A stretch of 64,000 bases of DNA, taken from assembly GCF_028641065.1 (NCBI RefSeq), contig NC_073381.1, positions 83,886,001-83,950,000 of the forward strand, in the 5' to 3' direction. The notes under the pieces were generated by a model that did no database searches, was not told the origin of the DNA, and worked only from the letters and a program-made list of their open reading frames with translations. Shown here in pieces: positions 37,270 through 49,942 of this stretch. This DNA comes from Leucoraja erinacea. Taxonomy: Eukaryota. The position numbers and the translations under genes were made by a program. Each line of letters starts with the position of its first letter. The stretch's first letter is position 1.

Positions 37270-40200
37270 TATTTCCTTACCCCCTCTCCCTCCCTTCCCT
37301 CTTCCCCCCCTCCTCTACCCCAACCCTCTCCCTCCCACTTCTCTCCACCCCTTTCCTCTCACTTCGCCCCCCCCTCTTCTACCCCCTACCCTAACCCTCT
37401 CCCTCCCGTCTCTTTTCCACCCCTCTTCCACTTCCCTTTCCCCCTAAACCTCTCCCTCCCTTTTCCCTCACCTCTCTTCACCCTCCTCTCCCCCAACCCT
37501 CTTCAACCCACTCTCTGCCCTAACCCTCTGAGTCCCTCCCACTTCAACTCCCTCTGATCCCCTCTCCCACCCCTTCTCCCTCGCTCACCCCCCTCTTCCA
37601 TCCTTCTCCCTCTCCTCTTCCCCAAACCCTCTCCCAACCCTCTCTCCACTCAACCCTCTCTCCACTCTAGCCCTCTCTCCACTCTAGCCCTCTCTCCACT
37701 CTAACCCTCTCTCCACTATAGCCCTCTCTCCAGTCTAACCCTCTCCCATCCCTCTCTCCATTCTAACCCTCTCTCCACTCTAGCCCTCTCTCCACTCTAG
37801 CCTTCTCTCCACTCTAGCCCTCTCTCATAGAAACATAGAAATTAGGTGTAGGAGTAGGCCATTCGGCCCTTCGAGCCTGCACCGCCATTCAATATGATCA
37901 TGGCTGATCATCCAACTCAGTATCCCGTACCTGCCTTCTCTCCATACCCTCTGATCCCCTTAGCCACAAGGGCCACATCTAACTCCCTCTTAAATATAGC
38001 CAATGAACTTGCCTCGACTACCCTCTGTGGCAGAGAGTTCCAGAGATTCACCACTCTCTGTGTGAAAAAAGTTCTCATCTCGGTTTTAAAGGATTTCCCC
38101 CTTATCCTTAAGCTGTGACCCCTTGTCCTGGACTTCCCCAACATCGGGAGCAATCTTCCTGCATCTAGCCTGTCCAACCCCTTAAGAATTTTGTAAGATT
38201 CTATAAGATCCCCTCTCAATCTCCTAAATTCTAGAGAGTATAAACCAAGTCTATCCAGTCTTTCTTCATAAGACAGTCCTGACATTCCAGGAATCAGTCT
38301 GGTGAACCTTCTCTGTACTCCCTCTATGGCAAGAATGTTCTTCCTCAGATTTGGAGACCAAAACTGTACGCAATACTCCAGGTGTGGTCTCACTAAGACC
38401 CTGTACAACTGCAGTAGAACCTCCCTGCTCCTATACTCAAATCCTTTTGCTATGAAAGCTAACATACCATTCGCTTTCTTCACTGCCTGCTGCACCTGCA
38501 TGCCTACTTTCAATGACTGGTGTACCATGACACCCAGGTCTCGCTGCATCTCCCCTTTTCCTAGTCGGCCACCATTTAGATAATAGTCTGCTTTCCTGTT
38601 TTTGCCACCAAAATGGATAACCTCACATTTATCCACATTATACTGCATCTGCCAAACATTTGCCCACTCACCCAGCCTATCCAAATCACCTTGCAGTCTC
38701 CTAGCATCCTCCTCACAGCTAACACTGCCCCCCAGCTTAGTGTCACCCGCAAACTTGGAGATATTGCCTTCAATTCCCTCATCCCGATCATTAATATATA
38801 TTGTAAATAGCTGGGGTCCCAGCACTGAGCCTTGCGGTACCCCACTAGTCACTGCCTGCCATTGTGAAAAGGACCCGTTTACTCCTACTCTTTGCTTCCT
38901 GTTTGCCAGCCAGTTCTCTATCCACATCAATACTGAACCCCCAATGCCGTGTACTTTAAGTTTGTATACTAATCTCTTATGTGGGACCTTGTCGAAAGCC
39001 TTCTGGAAGTCCAGATACACCACATCCACTGGTTCTCCCCTATCCACGCTACTAGTTACATCCTCGAAAAATTCTATAAGATTCGTCAGACATGATTTAC
39101 CTTTCGTAAATCCATGCTGACTTTGTCCAATGATTTCACCACTTTCCAAATGTGCTGCTATCCCATCTTTAATAACTGACTCTAGCAGTTTCCCCACTAC
39201 CGATGTTAGACTAACTGGTCTGTAATTCCCTGTTTTCTCTCTCCCTCCCTTCTTAAAAAGTGGGGTTACGTTTGCTACCAGCCAATCCTCAGGAACTACT
39301 CCAGAATCTAAAGAGTTTTGAAAGATTATTACCAATGTATCCACTATTTCTGGAGCTACTTCCTTAAGTACTCTGGGATGCAGCCTATCTGGCCCTGGGG
39401 ATTTATCGGCCTTTAATCCATTCAATTTACCCAACACCACTTCCCGGCTAACCTGGATTTCACTCAATTCCTCCAACTGCTTTGACCCGCGGTCCCCTGC
39501 TATTTCCGGCAAATTATTTATGTCTTCCTTAGTGAAGACGGAACCAAAGTAGTTATTCAATTGGTCCGCCATGTCCATGTTCCCCATGATCAACTCACCT
39601 TTTTCTGACTGCAAGGGACCTACATTTGTTTTAACTAATCTCTTTCTTTTCACATATCTATAAAAACTTTTGCAGTCAGTTTTTATGTTCCCTGCCAGTT
39701 TTCTTTCATAATCTATTTTTCCTTTCCTAATTAATCCCTTTGTACTCCTCTGCTGGTCTCTGAATTTCTCCCAGTCCTCCGGTATGCTGCTTTTTCTGGC
39801 TAATTTGTGCGCATCATCCTTCGCTTTGATACTATCCCTGATTTCCCTTGTTATCCACGGATGTACTACCTTCCCTGATTTATTCTTTTGCCAAACTGGG
39901 ATGAACAATTTTTGTAGTTCATCCATGCAGTCTTTAAATGTCTTCCATTGCATATCCACCGTCAACCCTTTTAGAATTAATTGCCAGTCAATCTTGGCCC
40001 ATTCACGCCTCTCCACTCTAGCCTTCTCTCCACTCTAGCCCTCTCCACTCTAACCTACTCTAACCATCTCTCCACTCTAACCCTCTCTCCACTCTAACCC
40101 TCTCTCCACTCTAGCCCTCTCTCCACTCTAGCCCTCTCTCCACTCTAGCCCTCTCTCCACTCTAGCCCTCTCTCCACACTAGCCCTCTCTCCACTCTCCA

Positions 40201-43200
40201 CTCTAGCCCTCTCTCCACTATAACCCTCTCTCCACAAACCCACTCTAGCCCTCTCTCCACTCTAGCCCTCTCTCCACTCTAGCCCTCTCTCCACTCTAGC
40301 CCTCTCTCCACTATCCCACTCTAACCCTCTCTCCACTCTATCCCTCTCTCCACACTAACCCTCTCTCCACTCTAGCCCTCTCTCCACGCTAGCCCTCTCT
40401 CCACTCTAGCCCTCTCTCCACTCTAGCCCTCTCTCCACTAGCCCTCTCTCCAATCTAATCCTCTCTCCACTCTAGCCCTCTCTCCACTAGCCCTCTCTCC
40501 ACTCTGGCCCTCTCTCCACTCTAGCCCTCTCTCCACTAGCCCTCTCTCCACGAGCCCTCTCTCCACTCTGGCCCTCTCTCCACTCTAGCCCTCTCTCCAC
40601 TCTAGCCCTCTCTCCACTCTAGCCCTCTCTCCACTCTAGCCCTCTCCCCACTAGCCCTCTCTCCAATCTAATCCTCTCTCCACTCTAGTCCTCTCTCCCC
40701 ACTAGCCCTCTCTCCACTCTAGTCCTCTCCCCTCTCTCTAACCCACTCTAGCCCTCTCTCCACTAGCCCTCTCTCCACTCTAGCCCTCTCTCCACTCTGG
40801 CCCTCTCTCCACTCTAGCCCTCTCTCCACTCTAGCCCTCTCTCCACTAGCCCTCTAACCCACTCTAGCCCCTCTCTCCACTAGCCCTCTCTCCACTCTCG
40901 CCCTCTCTCCACTCTAGCTCTCTCTCCTCTATATCTCTCTCCACTCTAGCCCTCTCTCCACTAGCCCTCTCTCCACTCTAGCCCTCTCTCCATTCTGCCC
41001 CTCTCTCCACTCTGGCCCTCTCTCCACTCTAGCCCCTCTCTCCACTAGCCCTCCTCTCCACTCTAGTCCTCTCTCCATCTAACCCACTCTAGCCCTCTCT
41101 CCACTAGCCCTCTCTCCACTCTAACCCTCTCCCCACTCTAGCCCTCTCTCCACTAGCCCTCTCTCCACTAGCCCTCTCTCTCCACTCTAGCCCTCTCTCC
41201 TCTAGCCCTCTCTCCACCCTAGACCTCTCTCTACTCTCGCCCTCTCTCCTCTCGCCCTCTCTCTCCACTAGCCCTCTCTCCACTAGCCCTCTCTCCACTC
41301 TAGCCCTCTCTCCACTCTCTCCCCCTCTCTCNNNNNNNNNNNNNNNNNNNNNNNNNNNNNNNNNNNNNNNNNNNNNNNNNNNNNNNNNNNNNNNNNNNNN
41401 NNNNNNNNNNNNNNNNNNNNNNNNNNNNNNNNNNNNNNNNNNNNNNNNNNNNNNNNNNNNNNNNNNNNTCTAGGCCCCTCTCTCCACTAGCCCTCTCTCC
41501 ACTAGCCCTCTCTCCACTAGCCCTCTCTCTCCACTCTAACCCTCTCTCCACACTAACCCTCTCTCCACTCTAGCCCTCTCTCCAATCTAATCCTCTCTCC
41601 ACTCTAACTCTCTCTCCACACTAGCCCTCTCTCCTCCACTAGCCCTCTCTCCACTAGCCCTCTCTCTCCACTCTGGCCCTCTCTACACTCTAGCCTCTCT
41701 CCCACTCTAGCCCCTCTCTCCACTCTAGCCCTCTCTCCACTCTAACCCACTTTAGCCCCTCTCTCCACTAGCCCACTCTAACCCACTCTAGCCCTCTCTC
41801 CACTCTGGCCCCCTCTCTCCACTCTAGCCCTCTCTCCACTCTAGCCCTCTCTCTCCATTCTGTCCCTCTCTCCACTCTAGTCCACTCTCCACTAGCCCTC
41901 TCTCCATTCTGGCCCTCTCTCCACTCTGGCCCTCTCTCCACTCTGGCCCTCTCTCCACTCTGGCCCTCTCTCCACTCTGGCCCTCTCTCCACCTCTCTCT
42001 CTCCACTAGCCCTCTCTCCACTCCACTCTGGCCCTCTCTCCACTCTGGCCCTCTCTCACTCTGGCCCTCTCTCCACTCTAACCCTCTCTCCACAATCTCC
42101 CTCTCTCTCTCACAACTCTAACCCTCTCTCCACTCTAGCCCTCTCTCCAATCTAATCCTCTCGCCCCTCTCGCCACTCTCCAACTAGCCCTCTCTCCACT
42201 CTGGCCCTCTCTCCACTCTAGCCTCTCTCCCTCTCTCCTCTCTCCACTCTAGCCCTCTCTCCACTCTAGCCCCTCTCTCCACTCTAACCCACTTCTAGCC
42301 CTCTCTCCACTAGCCCACTCTAACCCACTCTAGCCCTCTCTACACTAGCCCTCTCTCCACTAGCCCACTCTAACCCACTCTAGCCCCCTCTCTCCANNNN
42401 NNNNNNNNNNNNNNNNNNNNNNNNNNNNNNNNNNNNNNNNNNNNNNNNNNNNNNNNNNNNNNNNNNNNNNNNNNNNNNNNNNNNNNNNNNNNNNNNNNNN
42501 NNNNNNNNNNNNNNNNNNNNNNNNNNNNNNNNNNNNNNNNNNNNNNNNNNNNACTCTGGCCCTCTCTCCCACTCTGGCTCCCTCTCTCCTAGCCCTCTCT
42601 CCCTAGCCCTCTCTCCCCTCTAGCCCTCTCTCCACTCTAGCCTCCTCTCTCCACTCTGGCCCTCTCTCCACTCCCTAGCCCTCTCTCCACTCTAGCCCTC
42701 TCTCCACTAGCCCCTCTCTCCACTCTAGCCCTCTCTCCACTAGCCCTCTCTCCACTCTAGCCCTCTCTCCACTAGCCCTCTCTCCACTCTAGCCCTCTCT
42801 CCACTCTAGCCCTCTCTCTCCACTCTAAACCCACTCTAACCCTCTCTCCACTCTAGCCCTCTCTCCAATCTAATCCTCTCTCCACTCTAACTCTCTCCAC
42901 TCTAGCCCCTCTCTCTCCACTAACCCTCTCTCCCCCCTAGCCCTCTCTCTCCACTCTAACCCACTCTAACCCTCTCTCCACTCTAGCCCTCTCTCCAATC
43001 TAATCCTCTCTCCACTCTAACTCTCTCCACTCTAGCCCTCTATCTCTCCACTAACCCTCTCTCCCACTCTAGCCCTCTCTCTCCACTCTGGCCCTCTCTC
43101 CATACTGTGGCCCTCTCTCCACTAGCCCTCTCTCCACTAGCCCTCTCTCCACTCTAGCCCTCTCTCCACTCTACCCCTCTCTCCACTCTACCCCTCTCTA

Positions 43201-46200
43201 ACCCACTCTACCCCTCTCTAACCCACTCTAGCCCTCTCTCCACTCTAGCCCTCTCTCTCCCCCTCTCTCCACTCTACCCCTCTCTCCACTCTAACCCTCT
43301 CTCCACTCTAGCCCTCTCTCCACTCTAGCCCCTCTCTCCACTCTAGCCCACTCTAGCCCTCTCTCTCCACTCTAGCCCTCTCTCCACTCTAGCCCTCTCT
43401 CCACTCTAGCTCTCTCTCCCCTCTCTCCCCTCTCTAGCCCTCTCTCCACTCTAGCCCTCCTCCTCTCCCCCCTCTCTACCCCCTCTCTAGCCCTCTCTCC
43501 ACTCTAGCCCTCTNNNNNNNNNNNNNNNNNNNNNNNNNNNNNNNNNNNNNNNNNNNNNNNNNNNNNNNNNNNNNNNNNNNNNNNNNNNNNNNNNNNNNNN
43601 NNNNNNNNNNNNNNNNNNNNNNNNNNNNNNNNNNNNNNNNNNNNNNNNNNNNNNNNNNNNNNNNNNNNNNNNNNNNNNNNNNNNNNNNNNNNNNNNNNNN
43701 NACTCCTCCCCCTCTCTCCACTCTAGCCCTCCTCTCTCTCCACTCTAGCCCCTCTCTCCACTCTAGCCCCTCTCTCCACTCTAACCCTCTCTCCACTCTA
43801 GCCCTCTCTCCACTCTAGCCCTCTCTCCACTCTAGCTCTCTCTCCACTCTAGCCCCCCTCTCTCTCCACTCTAACCCTCTCTCCACTCTAGCCCCTCTCT
43901 CCCTCTAGCCCTCTCTCCTCNNNNNNNNNNNNNNNNNNNNNNNNNNNNNNNNNNNNNNNNNNNNNNNNNNNNNNNNNNNNNNNNNNNNNNNNNNNNNNNN
44001 NNNNNNNNNNNNNNNNNNNNNNNNNNNNNNNNNNNNNNNNNNNNNNNNNNNNNNNNNTCTACCCCACTCTCCACTCTAGCCCTCTCTCTCCTCCCTAACC
44101 CCCTCTAGTCCACTCTAGCCCTCTCTAACCCTCTCTCCACTCTAGCCCTCTCTCCACTCTAGCCCTCTCTCCACTCTAACCCTCTCTCCACTCTACCCCT
44201 CTCTCCACTCTAGCCCTCTCTCCACTCTAGCCCTCTCTCCACTCTACCCTCTCTCCACTCTACCCTCTCTCTCTCCACTCCTCCTCTCCCTCTCTCCCTC
44301 TCTAGCCCTCTCTCCACTCTAGCCCCTCTCTCCACTCTAGCCCCTCTCTCCTCTCTAACCCTCTCTCTACTCTACCCTCTCGCCCCTCTCTAACCCTCTC
44401 TCCACTCTAGCCCTCTCTCCACTCTCCTCCCTCTCTCTCCACTCTAGCCCTCTCTCCACTCTAGCCCTCTCCTCCACTCTAGCCCTCTCTCCCCCCTAGC
44501 CCTCTCTCCACTCTAGCCCTCTCTCCACTCTAACCCTCTCTCCACTCTAACCCTCTCTCCACTCTAGCCCTCTCTCCACTCTAGCCCCCTCTCTCTCACT
44601 CTCTCTCCCTCCTCTCCACTCTAACCCTCTCTCCACTCTAACCCCTCTCTCCACTCTAGCCCTCTCTCCACTCTAGCCCTCTCTCCACCCTCTAGCCCTC
44701 TAGCCCTCTCTCCACTCTAGCCCTCTCTCCACTCTAGCCCTCTCTCCACTCTAGCCCTCTCTCCTCTCTAACCCTCTCTCCACTCTAGCCCTCTCTCCAC
44801 TCTAGCTAGCCCTCTCTCCACTCTAACCCTCTCTCCACTCTAGCCCTCTCTCCACTCTACCCCTCTCTCCTCTCTAGCCCTCTCTCCACTCTAGCCCTCT
44901 CTCCCCTACAACCCTCTCCCCACTCCACCCCTCTCCCCCCTCCTCCCCTCTCGCCCCCACCCCTCTAGCCCTCTCTCCACTCTCTCTCTCCACTCTACCC
45001 CTCTCTCCACTCTAACCCTCTCTCTCCTNNNNNNNNNNNNNNNNNNNNNNNNNNNNNNNNNNNNNNNNNNNNNNNNNNNNNNNNNNNNNNNNNNNNNNNN
45101 NNNNNNNNNNNNNNNNNNNNNNNNNNNNNNNNNNNNNNNNNNNNNNNNNNNNNNNNNNNNNNNNNTCTAACCCTCTCTCCACTCTACCCCCTCTCTCCTC
45201 TCTAACCCTCTCTCCTCTCTAACCCTCTCTCACTCTAGCCCTCTAGCCCTCTCTCCACTCTTGCCCTCTCTCCACTCTGGCCCTCTCTCCCCTCTATCCC
45301 ACTCTAACCCTCTCTCCACTCTAGCCCTCTCTCCACTCTAGCCCTCTCTCCACTCTAACCCTCTCTCCACTCTAACCCTCTCTCCACTCTAACCCTCTCT
45401 CCACTCTAACCCTCTCTCCACTCTAACCCCTCTCTCCACTCTAGCCCTCTCCCCTCTAACCCCCCCTCCTCTCTACCCCTCACTCCACTCTACCCCTCTC
45501 TCCACTCTAACCCTCTCTCCACTCTTGCCCTCTCTAGCCCTCCCTAACCCTCTCTCCACTCTAGCCCTCTCTCTCCACTCTAACCCACTCTAGCCCCTCT
45601 CTCCACTAACCCACTCTAACCCTCTCCTCTCTAACCCACTCTACCCTCTCTCCACTAAGCCCTCTCTCTCCACTCTAGCCCTCTCTCTCCACTCTAACCC
45701 TCTCTCCACTCTAACCCTCTCTCCACTCTAGCCCTCTCTCCTCTCTAACCCCTCTCTCCTCTCTAACCCTCTCTCCACTCTACCCCTCTCTCCACTCTCC
45801 CCCTCTCCCCACTCGAGCCCTCTCTCCTCTCTCCCCCTCTCTCCTCTCCCGCCCTCTCCCCCTCTCCCCTCTCTCCCCCTCTCTCCTCTAGCCCTCTCTC
45901 CACTCTAACCCTCTCTCCACTCTAACCCTCTCTCCACTCTAACCCTCTCTCCACTCTAGCCCTCTCTCTCCTCTCTAACCCCTCGCCCTCTCCTCTCTAA
46001 CCCTCTCTCCACTCTAGCCCTCTCTCCACTCTAAACCCTCTCTCCACTCTATCCCCCTCTCTCCACTCTAACCCTCTCTCCACTCTAGCCCTCTCTCTCC
46101 TCTCTAGCCCCTCTCTCCACTCTACCCCCTCTCTCCTCTCTACCCCTCTCTCCACTCTACCCCACTCTAACCCACTCTAACCCCTCTCTCCTCTCTAACC

Positions 46201-47287
46201 CTCTCTCCACTCTAGCCCTCTCTCCACTCTCCTCCCCTCTCTCCACTCTACCCCTCTCTAACCCCCCACTCTACCCCTCTCTCCACTCTAACCCTCTCTC
46301 TCCACTCTAGCCCTCTCTCTACTCTAGCCCTCTCTCCACCCCCCTCTAACCCCACTCTAACCCCTCCCTACCCCTCTCTACCCCACTCTACCCCTCTCTA
46401 CCCCACTCTACCCCTCTCTACACCCCTCTCTACCCCTCTCTACCCCTCTCTACCCCTCTCTATCTACCCCACTCTACCCCACTCCCCCCCCTCTAACCCA
46501 CTCTACCCCACTCTACCCCTCTCTCTCCACTCTCCGCCTCTCTCTCCCCCCCTCTCTCTCCCCCTTCTCTCTCTCCCCCTTCTCTCTCTCTACCCCTCTC
46601 TCTCCACTCCCCCCTCTCTCCACTCTACCCCCTCTCTACCCCACTCTACCCTCTCTCTCCCCTCTAACCCTCTCTCCACTCTAACCCTCTCTCCACTCTA
46701 GCCTCCTCTCCACTCACCCTCTCTACCCCACTCTACCCCCTCTCTAACCCCACTCTAACCCTCTCTCTAACCCCTCTCTACCCCTCTCTCTACCCTCCCC
46801 ACTCTACCCCACTCTAACCCCTCTCTACCCCACTCTACCCCTCTCTAAACCCTCTCTAACCCCTCTCTACCCCACTCTACCCCCCTCTCTAACCCCTCTC
46901 TAACCCCTCTCTCTACCCCTCTCTACCCCTCTCTACCCCTCTCTAACCCCTCTCTACCCCCTCTCTAACCCCTCTCTCCACTCTACCCCTCTCTAACCCC
47001 ACTCTAAACCCCTCTCTAACCCCTCTCTACCCCTCTCTACCCCACTCTACCCCTCTCTACCCCACTCTAACCCTCTCTAACCCCTCTCTAACCCCTCTCT
47101 CTCCACTCTACCCCTCTCTACCCCACTCTAACCCCTCTCTAACCCCTCTCTACCCCTCTCGCCACTCTACCCCTCTCTACCCCTCTCTACCCCTCTCTAC
47201 CCCACTCTAACCCTCTCTCCACTCTACCCCTCTCTCCACTCTACCCCTCTCTACCCCTCTCTACCCCACTCTAACCCACTCTAACCC
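37270..47287 (+). repeat. Polypyrimidine satellite, ~17-nt unit CTCTCTCCACTCTAGCC (with AACC/ACCC variants), interrupted by a CR1 and 5 N-gaps
   Basis: Directly visible tandem units; gaps at 41332-41468, 42397-42552, 43514-43701, 43921-44057, 45029-45165. Confidence 0.97.
37826..40008 (-). mobile_element. Young CR1 LINE with an uninterrupted ~695-codon ORF2 segment (RT), 5'-truncated
   Basis: ORF 37917-40016 has complete RT motifs but FAGD in place of FADD; endonuclease domain absent; (TTTCTATG)n tail. Confidence 0.96.
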
Positions 47288-47289
47288 CT

Positions 47290-47363
47290 CCTCCATCTCC
47301 TCTCTGGTGCTGACGTGTCGCACCCGCCGCCCATCGCGCGTGCGCGTGCGCGGCGCCACCAAC
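47290..47363 (+). promoter_or_regulatory. MIA3 core promoter/5'UTR (start of CpG island)
   Basis: TGACGTGT at 47311-47318, NRF1-like GCGCGTGCGC repeats at ~47336-47352, CAACATGGC start context. Confidence 0.7.
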
Positions 47364-47487
47364 ATGGCTGCAGTGATGGGGAGGTTGTGTCTGTGGGCGC
47401 TGCTGGTCGCCGCCGCTACCGTCACTGCCAGCTCCGGACATAAACTCTTCTCTGACTTCAAACGCTGCCTGGACGAGGAATGCAGCT
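47364..47487 (+). CDS. MIA3: MIA3/TANGO1 exon 1 (signal peptide and start of SH3-like MIA domain)
   Basis: MAAVMGRLCLWALLVAAATVTASSGHKLFSDFKRCLDEECS|gtaagt; hydrophobic signal peptide plus K.C.DEECS motif. Confidence 0.9.
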
Positions 47488-49942
47488 GTAAGTACCCCCC
47501 TGTGTAACTGAGCGGTCGGTGTGTGCTTTAATTGAACTGTCCCGCGGGCAGCATTGATGCCCACAGCTCCGGCTCCGGCTCCGGCTCCTGACGTGTTGGC
47601 AGCTGCAGAGCCAGCGATGCCTCAGCTTCAGCTTCAGCTTCAGGCGGAAATGTATCTGCTGCGTGGATGGATGCTGCTCAATAAGGCCACAGATCGGTCG
47701 GCTCCCAACTCCACAAACTACGGGAGCCATCTCTGGCTACATGTTATCACCTCGCTACGAGTTAGTCTGGTGCATCAGAGGTGCAGATGCTTGTGGTCCT
47801 CGCACACGCAACATCAACTTTTACTTTGTTGCCATATTTTATAATCGGGAGCTCTCCCCTTCTGGTTGTTGCTTTGCAAAGATGCACTTATTGTTGACGG
47901 GATGTTGAATATTCACGCAGCTCCAAATCCTGGCTTGTTTGGGAAGATTCCAGAATATTAAATGATGATTTCATTCATTAACAGGATGTGGGCGTGTTGT
48001 CAATGTCAGCCTGTGGTGTTAGTCTGAACTGTCATTTCCAAGGGTAGTATGCGAGTCTGGGCTCATTTGTTGGTCTGAAATTGACAGGCCCAGTCAGAAT
48101 GTGGCATATTTTCTCCACTGATGAGTATTAAGCAACCAGATGGAATTTCGTGATTCTGTAGTTTGTTCCTCACCAGTATTGCTGTTAATCTTTTCTTTCA
48201 GATTTGTTTAATTCCTCAGCTGTTCTGGTAAGATTTGAGCTTGCATCAACAGGATACAGTCTGCTCATTTAACAGTTACCCTGCCAGTCAAAGAAACGAG
48301 CAAACTCCCATTCCATAACATCACAACGTGCTGGGTCTTTCCAGATGCTCCTTTTTCATTGCCATTTGGTGCCGGCTGTGGTTCAGTACGCAGTAGTCTC
48401 CCCTCTCAATCGCTAAGTTGTTGTTTCAAGACAAACTTTACTACCTTAACCACAAAGCTCTCAGGGTGCACTGCTCCCTGTCAGTGTTTCCATCTTTTGT
48501 TTGAGATGGTGAACCAAGGCTCAGTTATCAGAGGCAAAGTCATGGTGTTATTTTAGAAATGGGCGGGTTGTATCTCAAGAGTATCCTACATGAATATGCC
48601 TCAATATTTCCAAAACAGGATCACATTGTTGTTGTCTGTTGGAACTTGCTGTGGGCAAATTGACTGTTGAGTCCCGTATGTTAAATCTGTCAGCACTTTA
48701 TAATTATTTTGTTATTTGTACACCATTTTGCGATTTTGTAGGTGCCATACACATGCAAATTATATGGTTTTGCTTTGAAGTTTATCTATTTCTGTTTTAC
48801 TTGTTTAATCAGTATGGATTTCCTGGTTGTTTAATTATTATAGGTTTCCTTTGTAAATTGTGGTTCCTTTGATAACTCTGCAATTTAGTTTATCTGACAG
48901 AGTATCCTATTCTGATGCTCTGATTCTAACCTGGTAACGAGCTGGAAGCTTGATGCTTGGGAAGATGAGCCTGCTACTTCGAGTGCCTTTAATGTTTAAC
49001 TACGAGGTACTTTGCGCTTGCCATCTGGCCTTCCCCGTGGATGTTGTTTGCATCAGTTTTAATGCTGACGCTAATCTTAGCCCGTCCCCAAACTATTGCC
49101 GTTTTCCATGACAAAAATTAATACGCATTGAGATATTGCACTTATTTCTAATTTGCTGATATTAATTTCACATCTACGGTTGATAGTTGTCTCAGCACAA
49201 GAGAGCACTTGTGGAATACCTTGTGCAGAAATTGATACTGATGTATTTGGATTCAGAGAAGAACCAAGTTATTGTGTGTGTACATGTGGGAGGGGGTGTG
49301 AAAATGGGTGAAGTTTAGCAAAGAGCGCATTCGGGAGAAAACATTGGTTAAGGTTTGAAGTACTTACTTGTCAATTAGTGGGATTTAGAAGGTAATCAGT
49401 CCCTGCAGCCTGGAAGGCGGCCATTTGACCCATCGGTCCTGTGCTAACCTTTCACAAGTGTAATCTCAGTTGTCCCATTCCCTGATTCTTTCACCAGATC
49501 TCTGCAAGTTTATTTTCCTTCCATTCCGTTTGGAAACATGTGATTGAATCTGCTTGTTTTAGAGAATCTATTCCAAGACAAAACTAGTGTAGGAAGGAAC
49601 TGTAGATACTGGTTTAAACCGAAGATAGATACAAAATGCTGGAGTAACTAAGCGGCACAGGCAGTTTTGGGTCTCGACCCGAAACGTCACCCATTCCTTC
49701 TCTCCAGAGCTGCGGCCTGTCCCGCTGAGTTACCCCAGCACTTTGTGTCTATCTGAGACAAAACTACTTGCGCTGTGGAACATTTAGCCTTGGATTACCT
49801 ATTTTGTTTCTTTTTCCAGTCACTTTGAACCCGTGACCTATGCATCACAATCCTGCAGCCCAGGGGAACAGTTCTTCATCATTCATTTTCTCTGGCCCCT
49901 TCATGATTTTAAATTGCACAATCTATCGTATCAAGTAATGAC

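Noticed and set aside
41104-44074. ERGLEWREG repeat ORFs
   Set aside because: Translation of the satellite's purine strand across N-gaps
41332-45165. Three N-gaps of identical length (137 nt)
   Set aside because: Assembly placeholder sizes, not biology; array length and fine structure are unreliable
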